Source: a virus (Duplodnaviria > Caudoviricetes). From it: a DNA stretch of 58,114 bases. The stretch covers positions 1 to 58,114 of IMG/VR virus record IMGVR_UViG_3300020428_000001; one strand, 5' to 3'. This document shows, in pieces, positions 54,055 through 58,114 of the stretch (position 1 is the first letter of the stretch; each line of letters begins with the position of its first letter). Under the pieces are notes generated by a model, which worked only from the letters and a program-made list of their open reading frames with translations, did not search any database and was not told the origin of the DNA. A program made the position numbers and the translations under genes.

Positions 54055-54330
54055 CTACTCCTTTGGCTTTGTTGGAAACTTAAAATCTTTGTCTCCCATG
54101 CTTTTAAATGTTTTAGTTATATCTCTTAATTCTTGCCTATATTTTTTCCAAGCATCACTTATTGTTGCTGTATCTGCTAACACCATATAATCTGTTTCTG
54201 CTAATAATTCATTTCTTGCATATCTTAATACCTTAAGCTCTTGCTCTGGATAAGTTTTAGGAGTTATGTCTTCTTCTTTTTCTACAGTTTTACCTGTAAT
54301 TGCATCATGTGTTACTACTTTTACTTTCAT
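54055..54330 (-). CDS. Tail fibre assembly chaperone-like protein
   Basis: LR..RNELLAETDY..L.D....WKKYRQELRDIT...FPTKP. Confidence 0.85.
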   Translation of the reverse strand: MKVKVVTHDAITGKTVEKEEDITPKTYPEQELKVLRYARNELLAETDYMVLADTATISDAWKKYRQELRDITKTFKSMGDKDFKFPTKPKE

Positions 54331-54341
54331 TGTAATTCCTC

Positions 54342-55007
54342 CTACATCCAATATAATCTGACATGACCTTTATCAGTACCACTACTTCCACCTTCTGCAG
54401 CATTACTATTTTGATTATTACCAGCTGGAGATTTTATTCTAATTTTTGTGAGAGCTGCAGCTAATCTAACAGATGCACAAGATTCTCCAAAATGAGAATT
54501 TGTTTTAGTGTTACCATGAAATCCACCATTGTAGTTACTAGCCAGTTGAGAACGTATAACCCATTCATGGTCAGCATCATTAATTTTTCTACAATCAATT
54601 ACTCCAGAATAGTTATGACAATAATAAAATATACCTACTGCATCATTCATCGCTGTAGTATTTCCAGCATTTACGTAATGTGAATTACCAGTTGTATAAC
54701 GAGTTACTCCTCCATAGCTATAATTATTATCAGGATAACCACCTGAAGTACCTAATTGAAATTGTATAAATTCACTATTATCATTACTATAATTTGATAT
54801 TGCTACTATTAAATGATTAATCCCAGCAGGTATTCCAGTTACTTCATAAGAAGTTGCTGTGGTTAAATCAAATGTAGTACCTGAAGTATATCCAGCATTA
54901 TCACCTGCAATAGTTCCAGAAAAAGTGTAATCATCAGCTAAATCTAATATAGTATTATCAACTGCATCATTAGCAATAGACGAAGTTATTATTTGACTTT
55001 TTGGCAT
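54342..55007 (-). CDS. Tail fibre/RBP-module protein
   Basis: TGIPAGI, QLGTSGG and LAAALTKIRI motifs. Confidence 0.7.
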   Translation of the reverse strand: MPKSQIITSSIANDAVDNTILDLADDYTFSGTIAGDNAGYTSGTTFDLTTATSYEVTGIPAGINHLIVAISNYSNDNSEFIQFQLGTSGGYPDNNYSYGGVTRYTTGNSHYVNAGNTTAMNDAVGIFYYCHNYSGVIDCRKINDADHEWVIRSQLASNYNGGFHGNTKTNSHFGESCASVRLAAALTKIRIKSPAGNNQNSNAAEGGSSGTDKGHVRLYWM

Positions 55008-55008
55008 G

Positions 55009-55068
55009 TTAACCTCCTATCTCTGTTCCAGCAACATCTGTAATTCTATTTGATCTTAATTCACTCAT
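55009..55068 (-). pseudogene. In-frame internally deleted RBP-module gene remnant (19 aa)
   Basis: MSELRSNRITDVAGTEIGG*: the N-terminus of the 55711..56250 family joined to an EIG-type C-terminus. Confidence 0.75.
55023..55060. repeat. 38-bp exact direct repeat (copy 1; copy 2 at 56205-56242)
   Basis: ctgttccagcaacatctgtaattctatttgatcttaat is present twice. Confidence 0.92.
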
Positions 55069-55709
55069 AATGCTCTCCTATATCCGTATACTGTATAGGC
55101 ATCCCAAACTATAGCAACACTAGTATCTGATAAAATAAATTTAACTCTATCTATAACATCAACATAACCACCTTTTCCAGAACCATTTTCTCTCATTACT
55201 CCAGAAGAATTCTGACCATATAATTGCCAACCTATGTTAAACTTTTTATCATTAGCAGAATTAAAGAAATTAATTTCTAAATCATTAAGATGATGTGTAG
55301 CATCACTACCTATATTATTATGTGACATTCTAAAATGAGCACCATTCCATAAACCAGCATGACTTGAAGAAGCACTACTGCTTGTCATCATATGACTTCC
55401 AATAATACTTAAATAACTATCTGTAATATATGTATCATTACTATCTTTTCTCACTTGCATATGTAAGTCATGTGAACCTGAAGCACCAGTAACACCACTC
55501 AATACTAACTTTTGATAGGCATAGTCATTACTATTAGATAAATCTATTTCAAGGGCAGTAGTCGAACCTCCAGTATTATTGCTAGATATAATATCAACTG
55601 GACTTGTACCACTTGGTTTATTAGGGAAAGTAACTACCCCATTATTCGCTACAGTCATAGCAGCATTACCTGTTGTGCTTTGTATAGCACCAACTTTTAA
55701 TGTACTCAT
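55065..55709 (-). CDS. Tail fibre/RBP-module protein
   Basis: MSTLKVGAIQSTTGNAAMTVANNG; C-terminal YTVYGY. Confidence 0.7.
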   Translation of the reverse strand: MSTLKVGAIQSTTGNAAMTVANNGVVTFPNKPSGTSPVDIISSNNTGGSTTALEIDLSNSNDYAYQKLVLSGVTGASGSHDLHMQVRKDSNDTYITDSYLSIIGSHMMTSSSASSSHAGLWNGAHFRMSHNNIGSDATHHLNDLEINFFNSANDKKFNIGWQLYGQNSSGVMRENGSGKGGYVDVIDRVKFILSDTSVAIVWDAYTVYGYRRAL

Positions 55710-55710
55710 A

Positions 55711-56250
55711 TTATACTCCTATTTCCATTGCAGTTATTGTGCTTACTGTATAAGCGTTGTAAGCTGCATCAGTGTCTGTAGCTACTTGGTTTAAGATTGC
55801 CTGATATCCTGCACTATAAGGTGTTCCTGCTTGTAACGTATAAGTTAAAGCACTTGTACTAGAGGGTTCATCAAGCAAGTTTAATGGTGCTGTTTGAATT
55901 TGATAAATATCATTAGCACTTGCAACATAATAATGTATGTGGGATTTTATTCTGCTACCCATAGTCTCTGTTGATAGTAAAATATCAGCACCATTTCTAA
56001 CTACTTTAAAATCAACATGATTTCCTGACTCACCACTGAAGTTAATCATTCCAGTAATAAGTATTTTAGATGAAGTTGATTGAGGAGTTATAGTCACGCT
56101 TAAAGGTGTATTTTCAAATGCAGTTGATGAAGAACTACTTGCCCATTTTGTTGTTAATATACCTTGCTTAACTTGCAACACAGCACCAGGAATTATAGGA
56201 GATGCTGTTCCAGCAACATCTGTAATTCTATTTGATCTTAATGTACCCAT
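55711..56250 (-). CDS. Tail fibre/RBP-module protein
   Basis: MGTLRSNRI; GAVLQVKQ..ITPQSTSSKILI..LDEPSSTSALTY..ITAMEIGV. Confidence 0.7.
   Translation of the reverse strand: MGTLRSNRITDVAGTASPIIPGAVLQVKQGILTTKWASSSSSTAFENTPLSVTITPQSTSSKILITGMINFSGESGNHVDFKVVRNGADILLSTETMGSRIKSHIHYYVASANDIYQIQTAPLNLLDEPSSTSALTYTLQAGTPYSAGYQAILNQVATDTDAAYNAYTVSTITAMEIGV
56205..56242. repeat. 38-bp exact direct repeat (copy 2)
   Basis: Identical to 55023-55060. Confidence 0.92.
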
Positions 56251-56251
56251 T

Positions 56252-56884
56252 TTATTTTACCCCATATAGTTTAATTGAACCAGTAAATGTAGTACTACTT
56301 ACACTATAATAAAAATTAATTCCATTAACTACACTTGAAGCACTAGTAGCTGGAAAGCCTCCTCCAAAATTAGCAGCCCTAAAGACACCACCAGTATCCC
56401 AATAACCAGACATTCCAGTTATGAAAGCAGGTCTTGTTGTACTATTTACATTTTGTAAAAGAGCATTCACTGTAATACCCTCACCTGTAGCGTTACCTAC
56501 TCCATTTCTATTGAATAAACAAAATTCACTTTGACCAGGACTATTCCACACATCACCACTACCAATTTCTCTAACATATCTACTATATCCATTACCAGAA
56601 TCTACTACTGAACCACCAACGTATGCATCACTATAAAAATAATTAGTATCATTTGATGGTATTGTTTCTATTTGAATTATATAACTATCATAGGTAGAAT
56701 TAATATAAGTTGAATTAAGTATATACATTCCTGTACTGCTTATTGTTTCATCTAATATTTTTACTATAGCTGAACTATTACCTAAACCACTAGGTGCATT
56801 AGAAAACGTAACTGTACCACCACTAATAGCCATAGCATTATTAGTTCCAGTATCTTGTATTGTATTAACTTTTATTGTACTCAT
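56252..56884 (-). CDS. Tail fibre/RBP-module protein
   Basis: MSTIKVNTIQDTG; INSTYDSY; C-terminal GSIKLYGVK. Confidence 0.7.
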   Translation of the reverse strand: MSTIKVNTIQDTGTNNAMAISGGTVTFSNAPSGLGNSSAIVKILDETISSTGMYILNSTYINSTYDSYIIQIETIPSNDTNYFYSDAYVGGSVVDSGNGYSRYVREIGSGDVWNSPGQSEFCLFNRNGVGNATGEGITVNALLQNVNSTTRPAFITGMSGYWDTGGVFRAANFGGGFPATSASSVVNGINFYYSVSSTTFTGSIKLYGVK

Positions 56885-57381
56885 ACGATTGACAATGCTC
56901 CTCCGCTAGTTATAGTTAATGTAACACCACTAGCTATTGTCAATGGTCCACTTGCTACTCCATTTGTATTAGCATCAATAGTTGTGGTTGTATTTAATTC
57001 GTTTTCATGTACTCTTATAATAGCACCTAAGTTTTGTGAGGTATCACCTTTAAATATTCCAAGACCATGAACTACTCCAGCTCCTAATTGAGCAGCACCT
57101 ACTGAGCCATCTGGTGGTTGTACTGTTTGTTGACCTTTACCTAAATATATTACATATATATCATCAGTACCAGCTACAGTATAGCCTTGTAAACTAACAG
57201 TAGTTCCAGTTGCTGTATAAGATGTCGCAGGTTCTTGTCTAACATGATTAATATATAATGCTATTTCATTTTCATTAGCCACTGCATTTGATAAAGTTAA
57301 AGAACTACCACTAGCACCTGTAAGGTCTTGTTTAGTTACGCTATTAAAAGAGCTACTTGCTTGATTTCCTACGTATCCCAT
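56881..57381 (-). CDS. Tail fibre connector-like protein
   Basis: MGYVGNQ, INHVRQEP..SY and C-terminal GPLTIASGVTLTI..GGALSIV. Confidence 0.7.
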   Translation of the reverse strand: MGYVGNQASSSFNSVTKQDLTGASGSSLTLSNAVANENEIALYINHVRQEPATSYTATGTTVSLQGYTVAGTDDIYVIYLGKGQQTVQPPDGSVGAAQLGAGVVHGLGIFKGDTSQNLGAIIRVHENELNTTTTIDANTNGVASGPLTIASGVTLTITSGGALSIV

Positions 57382-57390
57382 TTAACTCTC

Positions 57391-57762
57391 CTATGTGCTT
57401 ATTGCATCTACAACAGACACCCATGCGTCTAATGAACTTGCTGTATCAGATTGAATCCATAATCGATCACCATCTTGAACAACTACTTTAGCTCCACCAT
57501 CCATTACTTGTAATGCAGATCCTGCTGGTATAGGTGCATCTTTTAATAAATAGTACGTATTAGCAGCATTATTTGTTGGATCATCATCTGCATCATCATT
57601 ATAGTCTGTGATAAATACAGTAGCATTAATTGTATTAGTTGTTCTATTTGCTAAATGTATTCCTATTATTGTATCATATGAATTAAAATCAGTACCATCA
57701 GGAGCATCTGCTGCTGTTGTACCTATACTTCTTAATGCATACCTTCTAAAATTTTGTGCCAT
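57391..57762 (-). CDS. Conserved tail-region protein
   Basis: MAQNFRRY, LLKDAPIPAGSALQVMDGGAKVV and SLDAWVSVVD motifs. Confidence 0.75.
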   Translation of the reverse strand: MAQNFRRYALRSIGTTAADAPDGTDFNSYDTIIGIHLANRTTNTINATVFITDYNDDADDDPTNNAANTYYLLKDAPIPAGSALQVMDGGAKVVVQDGDRLWIQSDTASSLDAWVSVVDAIST

Positions 57763-57772
57763 TCCTTTCTCC

Positions 57773-58114
57773 CTATAAGGCTATTGCCATTGCGATTGTA
57801 AAACCTGCAGTTGGCAATCCTGATGTACTTACTGCTGCAGTTTCCCAAGCTGATCCACTATAGACCTTTAAATCACTACTTCCAGTATTATAATATAAAT
57901 CTCCAGATGTTAAAGCATCTCCATCATTATCTACTGTAGGATCAGAACTCTTTGCACCGAGATAAACATCGTCAAAACTATCTGCTGAAGCTGCTGCTTG
58001 TTCTGCATAATATTTAGCTGAATAAACACCTCCAGCCACTGCTGTACTTGTAGTGAATCCAGAACCACCACCAATAGCCCATTGTTTAGCTGATCCAGCA
58101 CTTTGACCTGATTG
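57773..58114 (-). CDS. Tail fibre-like protein, 3' part of the junction-spanning gene
   Basis: DSFDDVYLGAKSSDPTVDNDGDAL..GDLYYNT...GFTIAMAIAL; continuous with 838->1. Confidence 0.8.
   Translation of the reverse strand, partial: QSGQSAGSAKQWAIGGGSGFTTSTAVAGGVYSAKYYAEQAAASADSFDDVYLGAKSSDPTVDNDGDALTSGDLYYNTGSSDLKVYSGSAWETAAVSTSGLPTAGFTIAMAIAL
58060..58114. repeat. 55-bp terminal overlap (copy 2)
   Basis: Identical to 1-55. Confidence 0.97.

Noticed and set aside
6313-57070. Numerous antisense or nested 60-144 aa ORFs in the track (e.g. 6407, 11868, 22522, 25498, 31699, 36396, 46269, 48536)
   Set aside because: They lie inside well-supported genes and show no recognisable motifs.
50977-57762. 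Diversity-generating retroelement or invertase shufflon acting on the RBP array
   Set aside because: No reverse transcriptase or recombinase gene was recognised, the 38-bp repeat has no adenine-specific mismatches, and all modules are co-oriented.
58060-58114. 55-bp repeat as a biological direct terminal repeat
   Set aside because: It lies mid-gene and its length matches a common assembler k-mer, so it is best explained as a circularisation overlap.
1-58114. Prophage or temperate lifestyle
   Set aside because: No integrase, repressor or flanking host genes were recognised.

Overview
This window is a complete, circularly assembled genome of an AT-rich podovirus-type tailed dsDNA phage. Bases 58060-58114 duplicate bases 1-55, so the unit length is about 58,059 bp. 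Gene content suggests a marine proteobacterial host (inference). There are two divergent arms. The + strand arm (about 13.0-29.8 kb) carries early and replication genes: SSB, family A DNA polymerase, exonuclease, RusA, primase-helicase, a T7-like RNA polymerase, tRNA-Trp and a cytosine-modification cluster. The - strand arm carries late genes: terminase, portal, scaffold, DUF5309-type capsid, adaptor, an array of tail fibre/RBP genes, class II RNR, tail nozzle and ejection proteins. The arms converge on a bidirectional terminator at about 29.85 kb. The main finding is an apparent two-polymerase transcription system. A second, cysteine-free 1222-aa single-subunit RNAP with N4 virion-RNAP-like motifs ends the ejection-protein block. 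Two repeated cis-element classes are visible: four covarying DNA hairpins (core AATG-ARAA-CATT) ahead of early genes, and four T7-style 16-17-mers (TGTCTCCTATTAGAGA), three of them ahead of late units. Other highlights are a T4-type dCMP hydroxymethylase next to a TAGT/GREB1-like glycosyltransferase, an SNase domain on an ejection protein, a ROSE-like thermometer on hsp20, structured non-coding RNAs and an in-frame-deleted member of the RBP array. All calls come from reading motifs by eye; no database searches were run.
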